This document shows positions 1 to 12,900 of a DNA stretch of 64,000 nucleotides, in pieces. Below the pieces are notes generated by a model. It did no database searches. It was given only the letters and a program-made list of their open reading frames with translations, and had not been told where the DNA came from. The position numbers were made by a program, and so were the translations under genes. How positions within the stretch are numbered: position 1 is the first letter of the stretch; every line of letters begins with the position of its first letter. Origin of the DNA: Antedon mediterranea. Its lineage: Eukaryota; Animalia; Echinodermata. The stretch lies in NCBI RefSeq assembly GCF_964355755.1, contig NC_092673.1:19899648-19963647 (forward strand), written 5' to 3'.

Positions 1-990
1 CGCGCGATTTTATGAATTTCAATGATTGATCATATATTGAAAACCAAAAGTCATTTTTTATTGAAACTTGGTGAAAGTTTAAGTCTTATCAAGCGCAAAC
101 TTTCTATGGATTAAAAATGGCATGTTTTACATAAAGTTACGCGCGCACGCGCGTTCAAAATTTCAAAATGCGCAAAATTCATTTCTAATCAACTTTCTAC
201 GCGTTTTATGTCATTTTGAGCATTCCAAAAATTCCCACGCGTGCGCAATTTTTTTACGCGCGCGTGCGCACTTAGCGCAAAAACATCTTTTTTTTGCTTG
301 ATTTTTGTTTTTTTCAGCCTTTTCTAGTAAATTTACCAATTTTCAATCAATTTCGACTTAAAATCACGTCATACGAGCACGTAGAATTGAAAAATTTGCG
401 CGCGTTTTTGATGAAAAAGTTCAAAAATTCGTCAAAATTATGCCTTTTTTAAAACAGTCATAGATTCTAAACTCCGTGGTGAACTTTTTTAAAATTTCAG
501 ATTCTGGAAGTAGATGAGTTGTAGATAACAAATCATGTATCGATATGGCTAACCGGACATTGTGACGTCATCGTATGGCCACTCAAATATAAAATATAGG
601 ATTTTTGTCTCTTTCGCATAGCTCATCACATTTAATAGAGCGCATCTCCACTTATCCGTATTCCATTTCCCACCATTTTGTTATATTCTCTAGGCCAATC
701 AATTATCTTTCGCATAATCTACCATTTTTTAAATTGTGATGACGTCATCATGTCCAAAAGCGTCAATAACTTTGGTCCCTTATTTTCACCTATTCTGCAC
801 TGTATGTAATACGTATACAGAATATAGTGTATACCGTATATACTTTGACGTGACGCAAAATTGAGAGCGCACTAACATTATTTCAATGGCGTAATCGTAT
901 TTCTGCGCGCAATATTCTAACGTATGACGTGCGCGTGGCGTTTGCGCTGCGGATAACCTAACTCGTCCGTAGTGACGAGTTCAAATCTAG
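1..990 (+). mobile_element. Non-autonomous Helentron (HINE/DINE-1-like) unit, 5' part outside window
   Basis: Same ~1.15 kb body as the following units. Ends in subTIR GCGGATAACC (949-958), hairpin AACTCGTC-cgtagt-GACGAGTT and CTAG (987-990), followed by TT. Confidence 0.8.
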
Positions 991-992
991 TT

Positions 993-3401
993 GGTTATCC
1001 GCACTTGGCGGATAACCCCTTGTTATTGTCACGATCTTTTTGGTTATCCGCACTTGGCGGATAACCCCTTGTTATTGTCACGATCTTTTTTTTTTTTTTT
1101 TTTTTTCTATCTTATTCTTCTTTCTTTCCCAGAATTTTGTTGCGCGCATATCTCTAAATATTCTCAACATGACATTTTGTAACTTTATCAGAAGATTGAT
1201 CTCTATCTGAATATGTCGTAATAAGGTTTTCGGTACCGTCCGAGTTGCGCAGCGTAAGTTACGCGCGATTTTATGAATTTCGCGTATTTAATTTAGATCG
1301 AAAACTATTAAACCATTTAAATTGAAACTTGGCAAAAGTTTAATTTATATCATGCGCTAACTTTCTATGGAGAGAAAATGGCAAGTTTTACAAAAAGTTA
1401 CGCGCGCACGCGCGTTTAAAATTTCAAAAAGCGAAAAATCAATTTCTAATCAACTTTCTATGCGTTTCATGTCATTTTGAGCATATCAAAAATTCCCACG
1501 CGTGCGCACTTTTCTTACGCGCGCGTGCGCACGTAGCGCAAAAACATCAATTTTTTCCTTGATTTTTGTTTTTCCAGCCTTTTCTAGTAAATTTACCAAT
1601 TTTCAATCAATTTCGACTTAAAATCACGTCATACGAACACGTAGAATTGAACAATTTGCGCGCGTTTTTGATGAAAAAGTTCAAAAATTTGTGAAAATTA
1701 TGCCTTTTTTTAAAAAGTCATAGATTCTAAACTATGAGGTGAACTTTTTTTAAATTACACATTCTGGAATTAGATGAGTTGTAGATATCGAATCATGCAT
1801 CAATATAGCTAACCGGACATTGTGACGTCATCGTATGACCACTCAAATAAAAAATATAGGATTTTTTTCTCTTTCGTCATAGCTCATCACATTTAATAGA
1901 GCGCATCTCCACTTATCCGTATTCCATTGCCCTCCATTTCTTTATATTGTCTAGGTCAATCAATTATCTTGCGCATGATTCTCCATTTTAAAAATTGTTA
2001 TGACGTCATCATGTGCGAAAGCGTCAATAACTTTGGTCACTTATTTTCACCTATTCTGAACTGTATGTAGTACGTATATAGTGTATACTGTATACACTTT
2101 GACGTGACACAAAATAGAGAGCGCACTAACATTTTTTCAATGGCATAATTGTTTTTCTGCGCGCAATATTCTAACGTATGACGTGCACGTGGCGTTTGCG
2201 CTGCGGATAACCTAACTCGTCCGTAGTGACGAGTTCAAATCTAGTTTTTTTTTCTATGTTCTTCTTTCTTTCCCAGAATTTTGTTGCGCGTGTATCTCAA
2301 AATCTTCTTAACATAACATTGTATAACTTTATCAGAAGATTGACCTCTATCTGAAGATGTCGTAATAAGGTTTTGGGTCCAGTCCGAGTTGCGCAGCGTA
2401 AGTTACGCGCGATTTTATGAATTTAAATGATTGATCATAGATTAAAAACTAAAAGTCATTTTGTATTGAAACTTAGTGAAAATTTAAGTCATAACATGCT
2501 CAAACTTTCTATGGATTAAAAATGGCATGTTTAAAAGAAAGTTACGCGCGCACACGCGTTTAAAATTTCAAAATGCGTAAAATCAATTTCTAATCAACTT
2601 TCTACGCGTTTCAGGTCATTTTGAGCATTTCAAAAATTCCCACACGTGCGCAATTTTTTTACGCGCGCGTGCGCACTTAGCGCAAAAACATTTTTTTTTT
2701 GCTTGATTTTTGTTTTTTCAGCCTTTTCTAGTAATTTTACCAATTTTTAATCAATTTCGACATAAAATCACGTCATACGAGCACGTAGAATTGAACAATT
2801 TGTGCGCGTTTTTGATGAAAAAGTTCAAAAATTCGTGAAAATTATGCCTTTTTTTAAAAAGTCATAGATTCTAAACTCCGTGGTGAACATTTTTAAAATT
2901 TCAGATTCTGGAAGTAAATGAGTTGTAGATATCAAATCATGTATCGATATGGCTAACCGGACATTGTGACGTCATCGTATGGCCACTCGAATATAAAAAA
3001 TAGGATTTTTGTCTCTTTCGCATAACTCATCACATTTAATAGAGCGCATCTCCACTTATCCGTATTCCATATCCCCCCATTTTGTTATATTGTCTAGGCC
3101 AATCAATTATCTTTCGCATAATCTACCATTTTTTAAATTGTGATGACGTCATCATGTCCAAAAGCGTCAATAACTTGGGTCCCTTATTTTCACCTATTCT
3201 GCTCTGTATGTACAGTAGTACGTATACAGTATATAGTGTATACCGTATATACTCAGACGTGACACAAAATAGAGAGCGCACTAACATTTTTTTTCAATGG
3301 CATAATCGTTTTTCTGTGCGCAATATTCTAACGTATGACGTGCACGTGGCTTTTGCGCTGCGGATAACCTAACTCGTCCGTAGTGACGAGTTCAAATCTA
3401 G
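993..3401 (+). mobile_element. Two non-autonomous Helentron units, apparently nested (1042-2244 inside 993-3401)
   Basis: Heads GGTTATCCGC-acttg-GCGGATAACC at 993 and 1042, poly-T, body, 3' end (subTIR+hairpin+CTAG) at 2244, then poly-T and a headless body ending in an identical 3' end at 3401. Confidence 0.8.
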
Positions 3402-4819
3402 TTGGTTATCCGCACTTGGCGGATAACCCCTTGTTATTGTCAGGATCTTTTTTTTTTTTTTTTTTTTTGGTTATCCGCTCTTGGCGGATAACCTCTTGTT
3501 ATTGTCAGGATCTTTTTTTTTTTTTTCTATGTTATTCTTCTTTCTTTCCCAAAATTTTGTGTCACGTGTATCTCAAATTCTGATCAACATTACATCGTAT
3601 AACTTTGTCAGAAGATTTACCTCTATCTCTAGAAGTGCAGGACAGCTCGTTTTTTTACTTTAGAGTCGCGCAGCGTAAGCTACGCGCGATTTTATGAATT
3701 TCGCGTATTTAAAATAGACTAAAAAGCAAAGGTCTTTTTGTAATGACACTTGGTGAACATTTAAGTCATATCAAGGGCAAACTTTCTATGGATTAAAAAT
3801 GGCATGTTTGACATAAAGTTACGTGCGCACGCGCGTTTAAAATTTCAAATTGCGAAAAATTCATTTCTAATCAACTTTCTACGCGTTTCAGGTCATTTTG
3901 AGCATTTCAAAAATTCCCATGCGTGCGCACTTTTTTTACGCGCGCGTGCGCACGAGGTGCAAAAACATCTTTTTTTTGCTTGATTTTTGTTTTTTCAGCC
4001 TTTTATAGTAAATTTACCAATTTTCAATCAATTTCGACTTAAAATCACGTCATACGAGCACGTAGAATTGAACGATTTGCGCGCGTTTTTGAAGAAAAGG
4101 TTAAAAAATTTGTCAAAATTATGTCTTTTTTAAAACAGTCATAGATTGTAAACTACGAGGTGAACTTTTTTAAAATTACACATTCTGGAAGTTGATGAGT
4201 TGTAGATATCGAATCATGCATCGATATGGCTAACCGGACATTGTGACGTCATCGTTTGGCCACTCGAATATTAAATATAGGATTTTTGTCTCTTTCGTCT
4301 TAGCTCGTCACATTTAATAGAGCGCATCTCCACTTATCCGTATTCCATTTCCCTCCATTGGTTTATATTGTCTAGTTCAATCAATTATCTTTCGCATGAT
4401 TTACCATTTTTAAAATTGTTATGACGTCATCATGTTCAAAAGCGTCAATAACTTTGGTCACTTCTTTTCACCTATTCTGGACTGTATGTAGTACGTATAC
4501 AGTAGTGTATACCGTATATACTCAGACGTGACACAAAATAGAGGGCGCACTAACATTTTTTCAATGGCATAATCATTATACTGTGCGCAATATTCTAACG
4601 TATGACGTGCACGTGGCGTTTGCCATGATACTCGTGATTAAAAAGTTTCTGGAAGCTGTTGAATTGTAGATACGAATTCATGTAAAAAATTATGCGCATC
4701 GCATGTTGTGTGACGTGATATGGCCAGTTGAATTATAAAAGTCGTATTTTCATATTTTGCGTCATAGTTCATGACATTTAAAGAGCGCGCATCCATACTT
4801 TACGTATCCAAATTTCTTC

Positions 4820-5375
4820 AACACGTTGATATGTTGTTGCTCAAATAATTCCTTTCCAAAATTACTATCTACGCGTTTCATTATGATGACGTCATCATGT
4901 CAAAAATTGAAATAAATGGCGGTTTCCGTTATTTTCACCTAGTCTGCCCTGTATGTAGTATGTATACAATATAGTGTATATACTTAGACACAAAAAAGAA
5001 AAAAGATTGTTCGCAGCGTATCTCTAATTCTGGTCAACATAAGATTGTATAACTTTGTTATAAGATTGATCAGTAGCTATAGATATGTGCAAAAAACACG
5101 TTGATATGTTGTTGCTCAAATAATTCCTTTCCAAAATTACTATCTACGCGTTTCATTATGATGACGTCATCATGTCAAAAATTGAAATAAATGGCGGTTT
5201 CCGTTATTTTCACCTAGTCTGCCCTGTATGTAGTATGTATACAATATAGTGTATATACTTAGACACAAAAAAGAAAAAAGATTGTTCGCAGCGTATCTCT
5301 AATTCTGGTCAACATAAGATTGTATAACTTTGTTATAAGATTGATCAGTAGCTATAGATATGTGCAAAAAACTTC
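4820..5375. repeat. ~278 bp near-perfect tandem duplication in a decayed HINE-like body
   Basis: The block 'acacgttgatatgttgttgctcaaataattcc...agatatgtgcaaaaaa' occurs at ~4820 and ~5097. Confidence 0.85.
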
Positions 5376-6979
5376 GTTATATGGCGTTAGAGTTGCGCAG
5401 TGCAAGTTACGCGCGATTTAATGAAATGTTATGGTTGCTCATAAATTCTGAAAAAAAAAAGGTATTTTATCAATGAAAATTTATGAAAGTGTATTTCATA
5501 ATATGGAGCAACTTTTGACATTATAAAAATGACGTGCTACGCAAAAACAATACGCGATTACGCGTATTTGAAATTTCAAAATTCGCAACATTCTTTTCTA
5601 ATCAATTTCACGTACATTTGAGGTCATTTTGAGCATTTCAAAATTGTCTAATTACGTCTTTCGCACACACTATTGTGAAATAAACGTCTTTATAAATTAA
5701 ATTTGGTATGTTCTCGTTGAGATGAATTACTTTTCGAAAATGGACATACCTCTATTTTTCATTTTTTGATGACATAAAACAATGTTGTTCCCGTCATTTC
5801 AGCTCTGCTATACACCATAATATACTACAGTACAACCAGTTAAAGAATTATGTGTGAATAATAATAATAATTTCTTGTCTCCTCTACTCCGTGTTTTGAT
5901 TTAATGGAATCTCAGTTACAGTGAAACTTGCTCCAATAGATATAATAGTTCTGATAAAACTAATATTATCAGACCATAACTGTTAAAAATAATCTTTTAT
6001 TTCAAACAAATTGAAGAAAACCCATAAATAAGTATAACATGTATGTATTTATAAAAGCTTTCATTGGTTATTGTAAATTGTACAAAATTGTCAACATATA
6101 GTAGGCTGTTCATGAACATTTTGGTGATCATTAATATTACTTACTGTAGTACATTATATACATGTTAATTTGCTAAATGTGGATTCATTAAACGCATATT
6201 TATTGATCTATTTATAGAAGATTTTTATTTTGAAACTATCATCAACATAATTAATAATTTAATCATTTGACACGTTTAGACAATTGCTATAAAAGAGCGA
6301 ATGACTGCAGTAACTGACTGCCTAAAAATCCGGATCCCATTATGATTGAAGAGATGAAACCATTCCATTGAGCACCTAAAAACAAAAACAAAATAAATTG
6401 AATATTCTTGCAAATTAGTAAATTACTATATTATTAATTTCATGTGGACCGGGATAGATAGAAAAATAATATAAAAAAACAAAAAATTATGGAACTGAAA
6501 TTAGGTATAGACCTAATGAAGTATTGGTAATCGTACAAAACAAAACGTATTTTCTTCTTCTATAAAATGTAACTTTATCATGTGCAACATTGCATATTCA
6601 AATTCAGAACAATATTTATAATAATATAACTCACATAAAAACAAGATTAAAATATGTTTACTCACCAGATATTGTTTCTCCTTTACAGGAGAATGACATG
6701 GGTTGAAGTTACAGATTATTCGCTGCCCCTTGTGCATAGAGAGTCTTGATTTGTATCCAGTTGTATTTTCAATTTGTAAAATGTTTTTATAGTATTCTGT
6801 TGGATAAATTGTTATTATTATTTACTAATATATTTTGATAGCCCTAATAGTATTTCATTTTGTTTTTTCTCTGTTTGCCATTTCATAAATGCAATAAACA
6901 AGTCGAAATAATAATACTATGCAAGTTCAATTTCCATTTACATAAACATAATTAAAATAATTAAAAACCATTGATGCAA

Positions 6980-9900
6980 TTAAAATTTAATTTGAATGGC
7001 TTCATGATAGCTGTAATAAACTGGAATTACTTCAGCCTGTACTGAATCAAGACCTTTGCTATAGACATGATCAATCAATGTATTGTTTTCAGTTGTAGAA
7101 CATGTAACATGTTGTTTGTACTCATTCTCTGCCATTAAATTATTCACTCTGGAAGATTGTTTGAAAAGATTTTCATTAAAATCACCCATTACAATACATT
7201 TTGTACTCATTTTATGTAACTCTTCCAAATGTTTTCTCAAATTTTGACAGAATTGATTAATATCATAACTTGGGGGTCGATAAATTACTGACACGGCAAT
7301 AGAAATCGGACTTGTTATTAAAAATGAAACTGTTTCTATATCATTATTACATATGTTTAATCTGCTTGAAGACGTGTTCTTGACATACACTGCAACGCCA
7401 CCATGAGCCTGATGTTTTATTTTGGAACTGAGATCATTTGTATTAGAATACGAATCATACCTTGCTTGGTGATAACATTTATACGGCTCAATGTGTACGT
7501 CAAAAACATCATCATCCTTGTTCAACCATGTTTCAGTTAGACATAGTATATTAGACTTCATAAACAAATCATTACACTGAAGATCAACAAAATGTTGTTT
7601 AAGCCCTTGAATGTTATGTAACATTATTGAAAATCTAGAATCCGAATCATGACCTTGTTTATCACATTGTACGTATGAATCCATATTATTTAAGCACTTC
7701 TTTATGTTTGGATCACAATAAATCAGACTAGGTTTAAAATTTTCAATAGTAAGTCCAGATATTGAAGTAACACGACTGAGGCCTACATATGCTTGTCCAT
7801 GCGTAAAAGTATCTTTAAGGCAAACCACTGCTTTATCCATTGTCATTCCTTGCACTTTATGAACTGTGCATGCATATGCTAATTTGAGAGGAAATTGTTT
7901 TCGACTGTATTTTGCCCCCATAGATTCTTTAAACATTTCAATTGCCTGAATACCAATGTCATTATTATCAAACTTTACTTTAATAGATACTGGTTTGGCG
8001 TTATTATTGGGTTTGACTATTTCATAAACATGTCCCATACATCCATTCGTTAAGCCTTTTTTAACATCTACATTTTTAATCAACATCACTCTGGCATTAA
8101 GTGCAATCCACAAATAATTTAGTAAACTAGTTTGACGTGAATTCCGAGGTTTGTCACAATTTTTGGTCTGTTTCTTGGCGTTTACTACACTATCTTCTGC
8201 TTCAATGCACACAATGTCTGTACAGGTTTTGTGCAACATTTTTTTATTCCATTCATCAACTTGTTTGTTGCGTGGGTAAATGTGAACAGCATCTTCACAT
8301 TCTTCACCTGTTTCACGTGATTTTAGAACTAATAAATCGTTATCAGACAAACAATCATGTTTTTCTTTTGTACGCAATTTGTTTAACAATAAAGCAAATT
8401 CTTTATCTTCTTTTTGCCTCATGATATGATCTAACTGTACTTGCTTAAAGTTATCTATCCACAGTGAGCTTTCCAATGTGTCTTTGTATAACGAACTGCC
8501 CATAACCGGGGGTAACTGATAAAAATCACCAACAGCAATTACTGAAATGTTACCAAATGGACTATCGTTGCGTACTTGTTTTATTTGCCTTAATCGTCCG
8601 TGGATATACCAAAGTAACCTTTGATTTACCATTGATATTTCATCTATAATAACAATTTGCAACTGGCCCAATTTATTACGAAGTGCACTTATTTTTTCTT
8701 CTCCAAGTGGTTGATACGGAAGTGAAATGTTAATCGGGATAGACAAAGCGCTATGAATTGTTTGGCCTTTAATATTATATGCTGCGATTCCTGTAGGAGC
8801 TAATTTCAATATTGACAAATCATCGGGATTTTCCATAATTTTTCCAAGAATACGTGTCGCTTCATTATAAATACAGTTTACCAAATGACTTTTTCCTGTA
8901 CCAGCGCCACCAGTTATGAAAGTGTAAAATGCTTCAGTTTTTTTACCATTAGCTTTGTCTAAACACCATTGTCTTGTCTTATAAAATATATGTTGTTGTT
9001 TTTCATTTAAAGATCGAATCATTTTGTTCAATTCTGGTCTTGGAATATTAGATGAATTAGACTCTACTTTAGATGTAGGATTTTTTTGAATTCCAAAATC
9101 TGGAATGAAAAATTCATCTTCTTCATCATCAACCTCTACATTTGGCTTTGGATTGTCTAACCTTTCTTTTTCACTTTCTGGACATAATAAACTCCATGCA
9201 TCTTCCTGTGGTCCAAATTTTGATAAACATTCCTGTGCTTCTTCAACATCTTCAGCACTTTTTTCATATTGTTCCATGTTTCCATGAACTATTGACTTTA
9301 CCGTTTGTAATTGACAGCCACATAATTTCACACATCCTTTTTCATGAAATTGTTCGTACGTTTCAAAATTTGGAGGTTTTAACTGTTCATCTTTTCGAAA
9401 TGGTAGAAATAACTGAAGTATACTCAAAAAATATTTCTCAGGTGCTGTATCCATTGGAAATCGAGGGTATCTTACTATAGCATTACTAGTTCGTGTTCTT
9501 TTTTGGATGAATCCCAACTGTTTTTTTAACTGAAATACATTCTTTTTTTGTTTGTTTCCTTTCATTTCTGATGAACTCAATATTCTATATTCCGAACAAA
9601 ATTTTGCAAGGCACATTTTGTTAAATTCAGAACTATTAGGTCGAGCTTTATATTTGTCGATCTTATTTGGCAACCATGCACTTATATCATCATCTTCTTT
9701 GTTTTTAATTACACTTAGTGGTAAACTCATTCTGACAGGATTAGGTCCTACTGGGATAAATTCCACTTTCCTTGAACATTCTTTTAATCTTAAACTACAA
9801 ACACGATAAATACTTTCTTGTGCAGACACTTCTCGATTATTCATATAAACATTACCAAGTTTTCGCAAACTTTGCCTAGCATCTTCATTGCCTTCTTTTA

Positions 9901-12900
9901 CTTCTGATGCTGCATGATTTAACAGTAAACCCATTTCACGTTCAGATTTTGACATATATCCTATAACGTAAATTATACATGCATATACATTTGTAATATA
10001 TTGAATATCCATATTAGCATTCCATGCTCTCAATAAGGAAGGATTATATTGATTTACCCACACATCTTGAGGGTTTCTCTTTATAACAATTTTTTCCTCA
10101 GTAGCTACACAATTATTTGCTTTCTCAAATGCACTCTGTGTAATACCTAAACTTTGGAAAAGTTCTATTGCATTTTTATATGTTTCTTCATTAGTCACAG
10201 CATCTTTTACTGAGGTTAACAGTTCCGTTGCTTGTTTATTGTCACCATTATCACCATTGTCTTTATCCACAATTGTAGGTCTCATAACAAATGTATTTCC
10301 AGAAGGTTGTCTGGGAAAGTTAAATCTGCAATTTGTTCCCTTTTTTTTACATGATTTAGAATGTCTTTTACTGTGAATTTGCACACTTTTAACAATTTCA
10401 TTCAGTTCACGATCTACAGTTTCACATGGCACAGCACAAGAAATATATTTATCAACAAAATTAATAACTTCATTATCTTTATCTGTACCAAAAATAGGAG
10501 CATTTTCAACCCATACTAACATATGAACATGTGGACTTCCTCTCATTTGAAATTCAATTCGATAAAAATAATCTACGACCTTACCAATAGGCTGTGCTTG
10601 AGACAAAATTACATTTTTCAAAAAAGTATGAAAGCGTTTATCAAACATTCTGGCAACAGTCACTGGATTTGATTTCAACAAATTACATTTATCTGCCCAT
10701 TCTAATTCTTCAATGTTTCTTTGGTCTCCAGACTGACTTAGCAATGTCGTCATTATTTCTTTCCAACGGAAATCAGCACTTGAGAATGAAAGAAAGAATG
10801 TTGGTTTTCCAATCTGTCTAACCATTGCTATTATATCTTTTTGTGTAGCTTGCCAGTACGGTGGAGTTCCACGAATTTGTTTTAGAAATTTATAACCCCT
10901 ATCAGATTTTAAAATCTCCTGAATTTTGGTAACATTTTTTAAATCGGATACAGTAACTTTGCTAAAATCATCTTTTTTACTTGACCCTTTTCGCAATGCA
11001 ATAGAAATACTTGATAAAATTTGTTGAAGTTCATATAAAGATTGAGCATAAAATATGAATTCTGTATTTTGTGCAAACCTGTTATCTATATGCATTAATC
11101 TATTGTGAAAATAACGTCCAAGTGTTATTTTAACATCTCTCGTATCATGGAATGTTGGTTGGCCTGTTGGAAATAAAACTGGAAATGATTTTGCTTCATT
11201 GCTTTTATTACTTAACAATGCAATAGGACTATTATTTTCACATGGTGCACAACAAATTATGTCATTAAAATATTCATCAACCAAATTTTGTCGCCTGTCA
11301 ACAGGTTGAAGACTTGTATCAAAGGTAGCACCACATAATCGGTCTTCTATTTCTTCTTCATTTTCTTCTTCTTCATTGTTTTCATTTTCATTAGTAGTTT
11401 CCCTTTCAATATTATCTTCAGATAAATAATTGTGCCATTCTTCATTAATAGCTATATCAAAATAGCACTTGTTATGATCCTGTAAATATCTAAGAGCTTG
11501 AATAACATTGGCAGTGTTAACAAATTTATATTTGTAATAACCTTTGTAAGACAACTTTCGCTTCAATTTTACAGATATTAATTGATCATCAACCTGTGGT
11601 CTAGGCAGCATTTTTACAGTTTCAATAGTATTTGAAGGTACACATACAACAGGTCCATGTATTCCATGCTGTCCACCTTTAGGTAAATTCATTAATTTCA
11701 TAAAAGGAATGTTCAATCCAATCAAATGCTGCTCTAAATTATTTAAACACCTAAGCTCAGGAGGAATATCGTGTAGTTGTAAATTGTTTGAATTGGCTTC
11801 TGCAGGAACTTTCCCGTTTAACAATTTCCTGTGGCATGTGAAACAAATCCATAAACGACATCTTGGTGATTCGATAAATTGACAAGGTTTAATACATTCA
11901 TTGTTGCAAATATGCAAATACTTTTCATTTATACAAGCCTTATTTTTGTACTTAGCTTTGGTGCACTTCATAACTTGATCTTTGAATAACATTTTAAAGC
12001 ATACACAACAAACATATTCAGGACCACGAGAAACTGTTTCTCTGAAGTTTTCTAAAACAAACTCAAAATTAGTGTTTTTTGTTTTCCTTTTTTCCCGATT
12101 CTTCATGTTTTTCTTCATGACATTTTTTCGGAACCCTTTATCACCATGATACTTTTCTGTAAATCTTTGCTTAACTCTTTCACGGAATTTTAAATTACTT
12201 CGATACTTCTCTGCCAATTTATGCTTACAGTTTTGTCTAAATTCCAAATTACTTCGATACTTTTCTGCCAATTTCTGCTTACACTTTTGTCGAAATTTCA
12301 AATTATTCCGATACTTCTCTGCCAATGTTTTCGTAACATTTTCTCTGAATTTTGAATTATTACAATACTTCGCTGCTAATTTTTGCTTCAAATTTTGTCG
12401 AAATTTTGGATCATTGTGATATTTTTCCTTATTTCTTTGTTTATTATCTTGTCTAGATTTATGTCTAAATATTGTATCATTGTTGTATCTATTTTTCTTT
12501 GATTCTTTCAAATTTTGCGTAAATTTTTCATTAAATTTATAATTTATCAGATTGTTGGCTTTTTTAGTTGTTCGGTAATCCAAATCAGTTTTGTAGTTAT
12601 GTCTCGCTTTATTTCGTACCTTAACATTATATTCTGGTTCACATCTATACATTTTGTATTGTCTTTCTCTGTTTTCCTTCGTTTTTTTGAACTTATAATC
12701 ATCATCACCATATCTTATTTGTTGCGCCTCTTTTACTTTACGTTTCTTTTCTTCTCTGTATACAGAATCACTTTGATATTTGTTTCTAATTTCATCTATT
12801 TCTTCCGAATTTTTTTTTTCTTCACTTTGACGTTTAATTCTCTGTCGATTCTTTTTAATTTCTTTTCTATTTCTATAAGATCGTTTTCGTTTTACTCTGC

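Noticed and set aside
993-1085. Short palindromic direct repeats resembling a CRISPR array
   Set aside because: Only pairs, separated by poly-T rather than unique spacers, with no cas genes and a eukaryotic context. They are Helentron 5' termini.
991-3663. Short ORFs across the HINE heads and bodies (also 39351, 60600-62566)
   Set aside because: Poly-Phe from T-tracts; frames are not conserved between repeat units.
6980-7630. Non-LTR retrotransposon suggested by the AP endonuclease and poly-T tracts
   Set aside because: There is no reverse transcriptase; the EN is the C-terminal domain typical of Helentrons, and the T-tracts are internal to the termini.
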